Source: Spirochaetia bacterium (GTDB lineage Bacteria > Spirochaetota > Spirochaetia > SZUA-6 > Bin103). Taken from it: a stretch of DNA of 64,000 nt. Position 1 is the first letter of the stretch; each line of letters opens with the position of its first letter. Shown in pieces: positions 1 to 9,297 of this stretch. The stretch lies in the NCBI GenBank assembly GCA_965203905.1, contig CBDBDQ010000005.1:448001-512000 (forward strand). The letters run 5' to 3'. The notes under the pieces are model-generated. The model was given only the letters and a program-made list of their open reading frames with translations, did not search any database and was not told the DNA's origin. A program made the position numbers and the translations under genes.

Positions 1-60
1 CACGCCGGCTACCAGGACGTCAAGAAGATCGTGCGCCGCGAAGCTGCGACGCCCGCCTGA
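1..60 (+). CDS. 3' end of a gene entering the window (HAGYQDVKKIVRREAATPA*)
   Basis: Frame 1 is open with host-like codon usage and ends at TGA 58-60. Confidence 0.5.
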   Translation, partial: HAGYQDVKKIVRREAATPA

Positions 61-227
61 GCCTACGGGCACCGCGGTGACGAATCGAAGCAGGAGCGAC
101 GGGAGCGCGTTGTAGTACGTGACCGATGACGGCTTGCCGAGTTGGATGAGCCGCCCGTGGTGACACCCTACCCAGGCGGCCGGTAGTTTATAGTTACCTG
201 CTCACCACCGGGCTCAAGACTGTCGTC

Positions 228-860
228 ATGCTTCTGCGCATGCGTCGCCGGTACGGGCGCAACACGAACTTGCGGAAGGCGATGGATGGTGCCCTGTCCG
301 TCTTCTGCCGCTTGCTTAGTGGGCGCGGTATCGCGCATATTGTGGACCTACAGAAGGCCAGTGATTTGAAGCAATTGGTAACGCCTGCCGGCGTACAGCA
401 AGCACGTAGCATTCACCTTGAGACCAGGCGGGGAACCTCCATTCGCAACTCTCAATCACCCGTCATCGCAACGTGGCAGGCGGCCCAATTATCCAAGCTG
501 CAGCGTGATTATCCTAGGGTAGTCCAGCGCACCGGGCCGTCCGGCTTCTACAACTGTCATGGGCTCGTGTTCGCTTCGCGGCGCACGGAAGTATACTCTG
601 GTGAGGTTCACAAGATTCTCAACGAAGATGGCTACTCTGAAATCGAGCTGCCGAGTGTGAAGCCTGGCGACGTCATTCTGTACTTTGACTCAGACGGAGA
701 CATCGAGCACTCAGGAATCGTGGTTTCCGCACCGAACCCCGATTCCCTTCGCATTCCCAAGGTGGTTAGTAAGTGGGGTGCATGGCGGGAGGTGATCCAC
801 TTCGCGAATGATTGTCCGTACACCTTCACTGATGCCAGGTACTACCGGGTGGTGGAATGA
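228..860 (+). CDS. Papain/NlpC-P60-like Cys-His fold protein (true start probably downstream, ~342-366)
   Basis: Motifs YNCHG, GDVILY..HSGIV and SKWG; lower GC than flanks; ATGA overlap with the next gene. Confidence 0.65.
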   Translation: MLLRMRRRYGRNTNLRKAMDGALSVFCRLLSGRGIAHIVDLQKASDLKQLVTPAGVQQARSIHLETRRGTSIRNSQSPVIATWQAAQLSKLQRDYPRVVQRTGPSGFYNCHGLVFASRRTEVYSGEVHKILNEDGYSEIELPSVKPGDVILYFDSDGDIEHSGIVVSAPNPDSLRIPKVVSKWGAWREVIHFANDCPYTFTDARYYRVVE

Positions 861-1294
861 TAGACCTGATTGGGGCACGCATGGAACTAGTAATTGGTAT
901 TGTGTTCGTTGCCAACACGCCAGCTTATTTGTTCAAACGTCTGCGTCACTTGTTTGCCGACATTTCCCGCAGAATTCCGCTTGATCGGGCAGTCCATGAG
1001 TTGCAAAGAGAGATCGCTAAAGCTTCCAATCGTGATCTGCACAGAGTAGCGTACATGTACGCTCTGTTTATCGTGATGTCGTATTATGAATACTCACAGG
1101 TTAAGGGTGAACTCGGCTGGGTACGGACCGGCGGCCTCCGCTGGATCGAAGAGCTAGTCAGTCACTACGAACGGACAGTTGTGCCTTCGAATTCGATCAC
1201 TGTAGACATTCCACCCCAATTGATCGAACCGACTCACACGATCTCGGTAAGTGCGAATAACAATCCAATCGTTGTGACGGGAGACTCTACATGA
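857..1294 (+). CDS. Hypothetical protein, largely helical
   Basis: 145-aa ORF with ATGA overlaps at both ends; low GC. Confidence 0.65.
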   Translation: MIDLIGARMELVIGIVFVANTPAYLFKRLRHLFADISRRIPLDRAVHELQREIAKASNRDLHRVAYMYALFIVMSYYEYSQVKGELGWVRTGGLRWIEELVSHYERTVVPSNSITVDIPPQLIEPTHTISVSANNNPIVVTGDST

Positions 1295-1698
1295 CGGTAT
1301 CCCTATTCGTGGTCTCTGAGAGCTCCTCAGTTGATCGCGAGACAAACGTACTCTCAATCTTCAATATTGTAGATCATATCGACCCTGTATCTCTGCCACT
1401 AATCATCCCAGGGTTGGTGCTCACGATCGTCTTAATACGAGAAGAAGGTGAGCCCGAAACTATCGATGGTCGTATCTCCATCGCAAACAATGAGGACACC
1501 ATAGTCACCTTGCCCTCGAAAGTGGATTTTGCGGGCAAGAGACGCACCCGGCTCTCGGCCAGGATAAATGGTGTTCCCGTGCGTTCGCCCGGCACATTGA
1601 TCTTCAAGTACACCGCTGTCTCAATGGTTGACGTTGCGGTCACTGTACCCGTGTCCGAGCCAAAGCCCTCACAGGAGCACCGGAGGGACGCTGAGTGA
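1291..1698 (+). CDS. DUF6941-like beta-sandwich protein
   Basis: N-terminal pattern 'SVDRETNVLSIFNIVDHI..SLPLIIPGLVL' and C-terminal 'GVPVRSPG'. Confidence 0.65.
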   Translation: MTVSLFVVSESSSVDRETNVLSIFNIVDHIDPVSLPLIIPGLVLTIVLIREEGEPETIDGRISIANNEDTIVTLPSKVDFAGKRRTRLSARINGVPVRSPGTLIFKYTAVSMVDVAVTVPVSEPKPSQEHRRDAE

Positions 1699-4088
1699 GG
1701 ATAACCACGCACGCTTCCGTGCCTGAGAGCAGCCAGAACCCGCAGAGGTGCGAGTTTCCGCTGGAGATCGCATTCGACCGCCGCGCCGGCGCCACCACCC
1801 CGGTCAAGGTGGAGTTGGACTTCGGCCGGATGATCGATCCGCATACCCTGGTCGCCCGGCGCCGCGTCGGCGGGCGCGAGCGGGCTTACCAGGTACAGTT
1901 CGACGAGGGCCTGTACTACGGGCCGCGGGGCTGGGTCGCTTGGCTGGTGGACGATCCCGCTGCCGGCGGCGAATGGCGGGTGGAGGCGGCGCCGCGGGCG
2001 GCGGACGGCGGGCTGGCGCCGGCGCCCTGTCTGCCAATGGTAGGGGTGGGCGACGAGATCCACTACAACGGCGACCGCTGGCAACCGATCGCCGCCCCCG
2101 GCCGCCACGCGATGCCGCTGACTGCGGACTGGGACGGCGACGGCCTGGTCGACATCCTGTGCGCCAGCCACCACGCCAACGGCCTCGGCATGCCGTGGGG
2201 CGGCGTGTTCTTCTGGCGCAACATCGGCAGCAACCGCGAGCCGCGCTTCGCGCCGCCGATGCGCCTCTACGCCGACGGGGTCAACCTGGTGCAGCGCGAG
2301 TACCGCATGCACGAAATCCCACCGCAGCGGGAGTTCATCAGCGAGGACTACCTGAGCTGCGACGTGTTCGACTGGTTCGGCAGCGGACGCCAGGACCTCA
2401 TCACCATCAGCCAGCGCGGCGGCATCAAGGTGTACCGCAACACCGGCGCGCGCGACGCCGCCGGCCTGCCGGCACTGGAGCTGGCGGCCACGGTGCCGTT
2501 TCCGCCGCTGCTCGCGGCCGGCCGCTACCTGCAGGTCAAGGTGCGCGACTGGGACGGCAGCGGGCGGCCCTCGCTGATCATCGGCAGCGTTTCCCACGAC
2601 AAGCAGACGCACGTGGCGCGCGAGCAGATCGTGCTGCTGCGCAACACCGGCCGCGACCCCGCCACCGGCGACTGGGCCTTCTCCCCCATGGTGTTGCCGA
2701 TATCGGGGGCCCGCATCGGCCACGACGTGCGCATCGCGGATCCGGAATTCTCCAACTTCTCCAACCACCGGGCGCTGAGCATCGACGTGTTCGACATCGA
2801 CGGCGACGGCATGCTGGAGCTGCTGTGCTGCCACGTGCTCGACCTGCGCAGCCCGGTCATCGAGCTGTGGCGCAACGTCGGCTCGGTCGACGAGCCGGCG
2901 ATGATGAACCAGGGCCAGTTGCCGTGGAGCCGCGACGCCATGGCGTTCGGCTTCCACTTCGCACGCAACGCAGCGTTCCACGGCTGCATCCGGGCGAGCT
3001 GGTATGACGACTACGGGTTTCGCTACTTCGAGCGGCGTGGCAATGACGTATTCGTTCCCGGCAACTTCCACGACTCCGGCGCACTGCTCGGCGAGGCGTG
3101 CAAGGTCAAGCACGAGGGGATGGTCAAGGGCGACCCGATCGACCCCCGCGGCAACGGCGCCTTCGACCTGGTGTGCGGCGACCTCGCCGGCTACTTCACG
3201 CTGGTGCGCAACACCGGCACCGCCGCGGCGCCCGCCTTCACGCCGCCCGAGCGGATCCGCGACGCCGCTGGCGATCCGGTGAGGATCTACCGGGAGAGCA
3301 TCCTGCACGACAACAACTCGGAGCGGAACTGCGGCCAGCTCAAGCCCTTCCTGTGTGACTGGGACGGCGACGGCAGGCTGGACCTGATCGTCGGCAACAA
3401 CACCAACCGGATCTTCTGGCTCCAGGGCTACGACCCGAACAGCAACCGCATCGCCGGGCGGCGCGAGCTGGCGGTGCGCGGCATGATCGACCCGTTCGGG
3501 TTCCGCAAGGGGCCCGCGGTGGTCGACTTCGACGGCGACGGCCGCATGGAGCTGCTGGCCGTCGACAGCCTCGGGCGGATCAGCGTGTTCCACCAGGGCG
3601 GCGGCGCCGACGGCACGCTCGTGCTGGAGCCGCCGGTACCGCTCACCTACCGCGACGGCGGCACGGTTCTGAACTCCGACATCGGACGGGGGCTGGCCGC
3701 AACCGACGGGGTTCCCTTCCCGGACGGCCTGCCCTCGCTGTGGCGCGAGCCGAGCATCACCCTGGCGGCCTGCGACTGGCACCGGCGCGGGGTGTTCGAC
3801 CTGTTCATCTCGTCCAACTGGTACACGTTCTTGCTGGAGAACAGCGGCACCCGCGAGGCGCCCTGCTTCGAGCGGCCGCGGCCGATCCGCACCCCCGACG
3901 GCAAGGCGCACAAGCTCTCCCAGCACGAGAGCCATGTCACCGCCTACGACTGGAACGGCGACGGCGCCCCGGACCTGATCATCGGCGGCGAGTCGGGCGG
4001 CCTCTACCTGTTCCACCACGACTGGCTGTCCGGCATCGCGCACACGGCGCGGGTGTCCGAGCCGTCGAACGGCGGAACCGCGCCTTGA
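1695..4088 (+). CDS. FG-GAP/VCBS repeat beta-propeller protein
   Basis: Repeated D-W/F-D-G-D-G-x-x-D-L motifs and RN(T/I/V)G turns; no obvious signal peptide. Confidence 0.85.
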   Translation: MRITTHASVPESSQNPQRCEFPLEIAFDRRAGATTPVKVELDFGRMIDPHTLVARRRVGGRERAYQVQFDEGLYYGPRGWVAWLVDDPAAGGEWRVEAAPRAADGGLAPAPCLPMVGVGDEIHYNGDRWQPIAAPGRHAMPLTADWDGDGLVDILCASHHANGLGMPWGGVFFWRNIGSNREPRFAPPMRLYADGVNLVQREYRMHEIPPQREFISEDYLSCDVFDWFGSGRQDLITISQRGGIKVYRNTGARDAAGLPALELAATVPFPPLLAAGRYLQVKVRDWDGSGRPSLIIGSVSHDKQTHVAREQIVLLRNTGRDPATGDWAFSPMVLPISGARIGHDVRIADPEFSNFSNHRALSIDVFDIDGDGMLELLCCHVLDLRSPVIELWRNVGSVDEPAMMNQGQLPWSRDAMAFGFHFARNAAFHGCIRASWYDDYGFRYFERRGNDVFVPGNFHDSGALLGEACKVKHEGMVKGDPIDPRGNGAFDLVCGDLAGYFTLVRNTGTAAAPAFTPPERIRDAAGDPVRIYRESILHDNNSERNCGQLKPFLCDWDGDGRLDLIVGNNTNRIFWLQGYDPNSNRIAGRRELAVRGMIDPFGFRKGPAVVDFDGDGRMELLAVDSLGRISVFHQGGGADGTLVLEPPVPLTYRDGGTVLNSDIGRGLAATDGVPFPDGLPSLWREPSITLAACDWHRRGVFDLFISSNWYTFLLENSGTREAPCFERPRPIRTPDGKAHKLSQHESHVTAYDWNGDGAPDLIIGGESGGLYLFHHDWLSGIAHTARVSEPSNGGTAP

Positions 4089-6082
4089 ACGCCGTAACTG
4101 CGACCAGCCTGGCGCCGCCGCCGCCGTGGGCGTTCATGCAGCGGCGGCTGATCGACACCATGGAGCAGGCCACCGAGGCGATGCTGGCCAAGTACACCGA
4201 ACCCGGCGGCGCCCTGTACTTCGCCGACGACGTGGACGACATGTACGAACGGTTTGCCAACTGGAGCCTGTTCTACGCCATGGGCGCCGACGAGCGGGTG
4301 GCGCAGATAGCGCTGCAGCAGTGGAACGCGACCACCCGCTGGTGCGACGACGGCGTCGTCAACCGGCGCCACCACCACGAGTTCCACATGAACCTGGGCG
4401 AGCGGGGCCGGCTGCGGCGCACGTTCAACCCGCAGATCCACAACGAGTACTACAACCTGGCGGAGCCGGCCGTCGCCGAGTGGCACCACAAGGGCGAGGG
4501 CAACATGGCGTTCTACCACTTCGGCCTGGCCTACCCGCACAGCTCGGAGAACGTGCGCCGCGCGCGTCGCTTCGCCGCCATGTACATCGGCGAGGACCCC
4601 GAGGCGCCCAACTACGACCTGCGTAACCGGGTGTTCCGCTCGCCCTTCCAGTCCAGCGTCGGTCCCTGGCTCCACACCGACGACGTGGAAGCGGTGAAAT
4701 CGATCCTGAACGGTCCCTACCCTGGAAAAAACCTGCCGTGGGAACCCAAGCCTATGGGCCAGCACGCTTCCCTCTACCCGGCAATCGCCCACTTGGAGAA
4801 CGACTGGTACGAGAAGCCGGAGCGGGTCCCGGAAATCATCTACGCCTTCAACCGCGTGGTGCTGAACAGCGACAGTGCCAACAACCTCGCCGCCACCGCG
4901 CTGGTGACCAACGCCTACCTCTACACCGGCGAGGAGAAGTATCGCCGCTGGGTGCTGGACTACGTGGAGGCGTGGCTGGAGCGGATCCGTGCCAACGGCG
5001 GCATCATTCCCGACAACGTGGGGCCCACCGGCAAGCCGGGCGAGCGGCGCGACGGCGTGTGGTGGGGCGGCATGTACGGCTGGAACAGCAAGTTCGGCTG
5101 CCGCATGATCCTCCACGCCGTCACCATCGCCGCCGAGTGCGCGCTGCTGCTGAGCGGCGACTTCGGCTACCTGGAGCTGCTCCGTTCCCAGCTCCACGTG
5201 CTGCTGGACCATGCCGTCCACGACGACCGCGGCCGGCTGCTGGTGCCGTGGCGCCACGGCCCCGACGGCTGGGCCATGCATCGGCCGATGCGGGTCCGCG
5301 AGCCGGTCCACCTGTGGCATGCCTCGCTGGCCGAGGCGGACCGGGAGCTGATCGCCACCCTGCGGGCGGGAGATCCCGAGCACGACTGGAACGAGGCGGC
5401 GGTGGAGGGCGAGAAGAACGAGGGCGCCACCGAGCGGCCCCGCTTCCAGTACTACACCGGAGAGAACCCGGGCTGGCCCGAGGCGTCACTGCAGGCCGAG
5501 TTTCGCGGCGTCATGGAGGTGTGCGAGACCATCCGCCTCGACCGGCGCAGCATCGAGGAACGGATCGAGCAGAACGTCGTGCCGCCCAATCCCGTGGCCA
5601 CCAAGGCGCTCACCCAGCTCACCCTGGGGAGTCCGCAGAGCGTCTACAACGGCGGGCTGCTACGCGCCCAGGTGCGCTACTTCGACGAGCAGCGGCGGCG
5701 TCCCGGCCTCCCTCCCGACGTCGCCGCCCTGGTCACCAGGCTGAGCGCCGACCGCACCTCCCTGACACTCATCAACCTGAGCCCGGACCATACTCGCTCC
5801 GCAATCGTCCAGGCCGGCGCCTTCGGCGAGCACGAGATTCGCGACGTGCACTTTCGACACACCGAGGAACGAGGCATGCAGCGCACCATCTGGAACAGCG
5901 GCCGCCACGCCGTGGAGCGCGCCACCACGCAGCGCCGCCACATGGTGAACGGCACCTCGTTCACCGTTCACCTGCCGCCCTTCCGATCACTCGAGCTGGA
6001 CCTGGAGCTGAAGCGCTTCGCGCGCCGTCCCAGCTACGCCTTCCCCTGGCACGGCGGCCGGGTCCCGAGCGTGTTCCAGTGA
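4085..6082 (+). CDS. Uncharacterised alpha/alpha-toroid-like protein
   Basis: TTG start overlaps the upstream TGA; motifs DDMYE, EWHH, GIIPDNVG, WWGGMYGW and QAGAFGEH; strong host codon bias. Confidence 0.75.
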   Translation: MNAVTATSLAPPPPWAFMQRRLIDTMEQATEAMLAKYTEPGGALYFADDVDDMYERFANWSLFYAMGADERVAQIALQQWNATTRWCDDGVVNRRHHHEFHMNLGERGRLRRTFNPQIHNEYYNLAEPAVAEWHHKGEGNMAFYHFGLAYPHSSENVRRARRFAAMYIGEDPEAPNYDLRNRVFRSPFQSSVGPWLHTDDVEAVKSILNGPYPGKNLPWEPKPMGQHASLYPAIAHLENDWYEKPERVPEIIYAFNRVVLNSDSANNLAATALVTNAYLYTGEEKYRRWVLDYVEAWLERIRANGGIIPDNVGPTGKPGERRDGVWWGGMYGWNSKFGCRMILHAVTIAAECALLLSGDFGYLELLRSQLHVLLDHAVHDDRGRLLVPWRHGPDGWAMHRPMRVREPVHLWHASLAEADRELIATLRAGDPEHDWNEAAVEGEKNEGATERPRFQYYTGENPGWPEASLQAEFRGVMEVCETIRLDRRSIEERIEQNVVPPNPVATKALTQLTLGSPQSVYNGGLLRAQVRYFDEQRRRPGLPPDVAALVTRLSADRTSLTLINLSPDHTRSAIVQAGAFGEHEIRDVHFRHTEERGMQRTIWNSGRHAVERATTQRRHMVNGTSFTVHLPPFRSLELDLELKRFARRPSYAFPWHGGRVPSVFQ

Positions 6083-6094
6083 AGCGCCGGCGCG

Positions 6095-6244
6095 ACAGGT
6101 GAATTCAGCACGACTCGCGACAGACAAGAGCTCACCATTATCCAGATCGTTCCAACCCCGATGTGCGGTCGTATCACAGTCGATTCCGAGGGACTTCAGT
6201 GAACCTACCAGTTGCTTCGGTAGATTGTGGTCAAGCAGCCACAT
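6095..6244 (-). pseudogene. Truncated DUF5615 (PIN-like) toxin
   Basis: MWLLDHNLP..RGWNDLDNGELL..A; similarity stops before the usual 'T.D' motif and the frame runs into the opposing gene. Confidence 0.7.
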
Positions 6245-6357
6245 GGGCTGAAGCGAATCTCAGAACCTCAGGCACACTCTCTGCAGGGAAACCAGGATAA
6301 TCGTTGGCAATCTCTTGTGCCGTCATCCCGATAGAGAGGCATTCCAAGACTTTAGAT
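6231..6357 (-). pseudogene. C-terminal remnant of a DUF433 antitoxin
   Basis: Hand translation gives SKVLECLSIGMTAQEIANDYPGFPAESVPEVLRFASAHVAA*; N-terminus missing; overlaps the DUF5615 start. Confidence 0.7.
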
Positions 6358-6675
6358 CCTCATGCCAATTCTGATCCCAAAGTTGCGTGTACCGGGCGCC
6401 TTGTAGAGCCGGATCACCTGCTCCATGCCCCGACGGTTACAGCGCCAGCGTGCTCGTGTTCAGGATGGGTGCCCCATCGCGAATAGCGTGAACCGCGTCT
6501 GCGAGGGTGCACGCAAGGTGCGACATTGTCAACCGATCACCCGGCCGCCGCGCCGACGTAGCGCTTCGGCTGAAAGCGCGTCACCCCACTTGGCGGCGGC
6601 GGGGCGAGCGCCGGGCCGGAGCGCTGCATGGCCGCCTCGCGGGCCGGGATACCGGCGCTCATCGCGCCGGCACGT

Positions 6676-7179
6676 TCAGGTCGTCGCGGCTTCCGAGATG
6701 CTTCCCTTCCGCTGCGTGATCGCGTGGCTCTTGAACCCTTGCACCGCTCCCATCACGGCCTTCTCCACGGGGATGCGCTCGATGCTCGAAGCTCCGACGA
6801 ATCCCTGGGCGTCGGTCTGCGCGTACAGCGCCGCCGTGTCCTCGGGTTCGGCAAAGGGCCCACCGTGCGCCAGGCAGATAGCGTCCACTTCCACCGCCCA
6901 GGCCCCCTCCATGATCTTCTGGGCGCTGGTCAGAGCCTCGGCCATCGGCGCGGCGGCGAAGCCGACCAGCCCGCCCGAGGTTCCACCGACGTGGGCACAC
7001 ACCACGTCCACGCCCGCCTGCACCATCTCGGCCGCGTGCTCGGCCGAGTGGACATAGCACATGGTGAACAGGCCCCCCTCCCTGAACGTCCGTATCATCT
7101 CGACCTCGCGCGCGAAGCGCCAGGGTATGCCGAGGTTTGTGTCGCTCGAGCGGTGTGACGCTGCCGTCGTGCAGCAGCC
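6676..7179 (-). pseudogene. PEP-hydrolase-like TIM-barrel protein, C-terminal part, interrupted by the transposon
   Basis: REVEMIR..AGVDVVCAHVGGTSGG..HGGP..GFVGASSIERIP; the frame continues beyond the element at 10240-10304. Confidence 0.75.
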
Positions 7180-7213
7180 GGTAGTGCATCAGTTTGAAAC
7201 CGGCGGTGGTTGA

Positions 7214-7675
7214 CTAGTTCCAGACCAGCCCGCTGTAGCCCCAGGCGAAGTCAGCCGGACACAGCACGTCCTCTCCGTTCCCTTCGAGGTACACGCAAGC
7301 TGTGATCTCAAGCTTGAGCACCTTGGTCGCCACGTAGTTGAACCTGGTGCCGTCGTCCAGGATGAATTCGTACAGCGGGATTTTGATCTCCTTGCCTGCC
7401 GAGAACGAGTCTGAATGGCGGATGTAGGTCTCATTGATTTCGAGCTTGACGCCGATCCATGGCTCGGCATCGTTGTTCGTGACGTACAGGTTGCCCAGAC
7501 CATCGGTCTGTGCCGCGGCGTTCAGGGTCACGGTGGCCACGTCGTCACCTCCGGACGATAGGAGCACGATCATGGCCACCGCTGCCACGCCTACGGCGAT
7601 CACCGCGAGGCACCCCCACTTGCCACGTCGAACTTCGTCTGCTTCTTTCTGTTCGTCGGTCTGGTCTTCGGCCAT
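7214..7675 (-). CDS. Hypothetical membrane-anchored protein (transposon cargo)
   Basis: One TM helix (GCLAVIAVGVAAVAMIVLL) followed by a beta-rich domain. Confidence 0.7.
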   Translation of the reverse strand: MAEDQTDEQKEADEVRRGKWGCLAVIAVGVAAVAMIVLLSSGGDDVATVTLNAAAQTDGLGNLYVTNNDAEPWIGVKLEINETYIRHSDSFSAGKEIKIPLYEFILDDGTRFNYVATKVLKLEITACVYLEGNGEDVLCPADFAWGYSGLVWN

Positions 7676-7754
7676 ACCTGCCCACCGTAGCAGTTTCAAC
7701 AATCAGACTGCAACACCCTTGACTGGGAGCCGCGCCGCCCCGCACATTGCAGGC

Positions 7755-8006
7755 ATGATCGGGCCCAACGGGGAGAAGCGCCCCAACGACGTGATAGCCA
7801 ACGCAGTGCTGGCGGCCAAGATCGCCGCCGGCGAGGCCGATGAAGAGTACGTTGATCTGGACAGTCAGCGGGGAGGCCGCAAAGGCGGCAAAGCCAGGGC
7901 TGGCAGCCTGACTCCAGAGAGGCGCCGTGAGATTGCCAAGAAGGCAGCCGCTACCCGATGGAAGAAGTCACAGGAGAACGATGGGGAAACAAGCAAGAGA
8001 GCTTAG
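7755..8006 (+). CDS. Small basic KGG-motif protein often found with IS1-like elements
   Basis: MIGPNGEKRPNDVIANAV..GGRKGGKARA..LTPERRREIAKKAAATRW; TTGACT..CACATT promoter-like hexamers just upstream. Confidence 0.8.
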   Translation: MIGPNGEKRPNDVIANAVLAAKIAAGEADEEYVDLDSQRGGRKGGKARAGSLTPERRREIAKKAAATRWKKSQENDGETSKRA

Positions 8007-8400
8007 ATGGTGGAAGTTCTTGGCCAAGGCAGACGCCAATCGTCCAGGTTCAGGGAGCCAAATGAACCGTATACGACTCACACAAAGTTCGTTACGGAAC
8101 AAGAATATAGGTAAAAACTGGTTTAGAGATGTGTTCTTCGGAGGGTGCAACTGGACAACCAGATACGAATCAGAAGTAGCTAAGGTTCCGTTTCTTGTCA
8201 CGATAGATGGACAGGATATAGGAGTCCGGCGGCTTACGGTAAGCTATGATCCGGCGCGGCCCCAAAACAACAATGCTCCGACAACCCATATCATTTGGGA
8301 TGCGGTGATACGAAGCTGGCTTGATGACGCTGACTACTCTGGCTGCAAGTGTACGATTCGTAGAGATTCAGAAGGGACGTTTCATCTTCAGATTGAATGA
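7981..8400 (+). CDS. Hypothetical protein, possible restriction-type DNA-recognition domain (cargo)
   Basis: 139 aa, low GC; WWKFLAKADA..RIRLTQ..WFRDVFF..QNNNAPTTHIIW; convergent with the MTase. Confidence 0.6.
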   Translation: MGKQARELRWWKFLAKADANRPGSGSQMNRIRLTQSSLRNKNIGKNWFRDVFFGGCNWTTRYESEVAKVPFLVTIDGQDIGVRRLTVSYDPARPQNNNAPTTHIIWDAVIRSWLDDADYSGCKCTIRRDSEGTFHLQIE

Positions 8401-9190
8401 GATTCTGTCTCCTGGAAACCATAGCGCAACAGTTAGCCTCTAACTCAAGGCGACTCCGCGCTACCTCAATCAAATCTACCTTGCTACGTGTGAACCTGTA
8501 AGACTGCTCGTTGAGTTCTATCCCAAGGCACTGTCGTCCTGTCTTGGCGGCAGCCACCAGGAAGCTCCCTGAGCCAAAACAGCTATCGAGAACCATATCG
8601 CCTGGTTTTGTATAGGTTTCGATCAAGTACTCACCGAGAGCAACCGGTTTTTGGGTAGGGTGCCATACTGTTCTCTCAGCTTCTGACTCTGCCGTCTTGA
8701 AGTAGATTACGTCGGTAGGGTATCGAGCGCCAGAAGAATGAATATGAGAAGGGTGAAATACTCCATAGGAGCCGGTTAGTTGATTTTTTCGGACACCTTT
8801 GTCATACGCCTCACCGTTGGTCATCTGCGGTATGTATGTCGGCTGGCGTCCGTAGAACACACATATGTCTTCGTGCTTGCGAAGCGGTTGACGACTTGCG
8901 TTGAGAAAATTGGTTGCCTTAGACTTCACCCAAGCTATTTTGTACTTGAACCATTCAGGACAGCTTAGTATGAGTTTTGCCGTAAAGACTCCCTGTCCCA
9001 TTAGGATCACCGCTCCGCGTGGCGACAACAACCGTTTATATTGGACCCAAAGGGAACGTAGATCAATCGTGCAGTCCCATTTGTTTTGTGTCGTACCATA
9101 AGGAAGATCGGTAAGCACCAAATCGATGCATCTATCAGGGAGCTGGGGCATCACCTCAAGGCAGTCCCCCTCGATTATCGTGGCAGTCAT
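8291..9190 (-). CDS. Site-specific DNA methyltransferase (N4-C/N6-A, beta class)
   Basis: TDLPYG motif IV precedes HPTQKP and VLDSCFGSGS (motif I). Confidence 0.92.
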   Translation of the reverse strand: MTATIIEGDCLEVMPQLPDRCIDLVLTDLPYGTTQNKWDCTIDLRSLWVQYKRLLSPRGAVILMGQGVFTAKLILSCPEWFKYKIAWVKSKATNFLNASRQPLRKHEDICVFYGRQPTYIPQMTNGEAYDKGVRKNQLTGSYGVFHPSHIHSSGARYPTDVIYFKTAESEAERTVWHPTQKPVALGEYLIETYTKPGDMVLDSCFGSGSFLVAAAKTGRQCLGIELNEQSYRFTRSKVDLIEVARSRLELEANCCAMVSRRQNLIQSEDETSLLNLYESYTCSQSSQRHQASFVSPHPK

Positions 9191-9262
9191 GTACCAAGTT
9201 CTCCCACAATGGTCGGTTGCAAATCGACAATTCTGAGTGAATCTTCAAAATGCTCAATATGC

Positions 9263-9291
9263 TTGACCCGAGCGCTTCGTCATGGTACCTT
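9263..9291 (+). promoter_or_regulatory. Sigma70-type promoter of the transposase, probably giving a leaderless mRNA
   Basis: TTGACC-17 nt-TACCTT; ATG follows 6 nt later with no Shine-Dalgarno sequence. Confidence 0.6.
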
Positions 9292-9297
9292 AGAGAC

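Noticed and set aside
1374-4043. 889-aa minus-strand ORF and similar long antisense ORFs (e.g. 30630-33929, 54296-56803, 62621-63997)
   Set aside because: Shadow frames of GC-rich genes with no motifs; the opposite strand encodes recognisable proteins.
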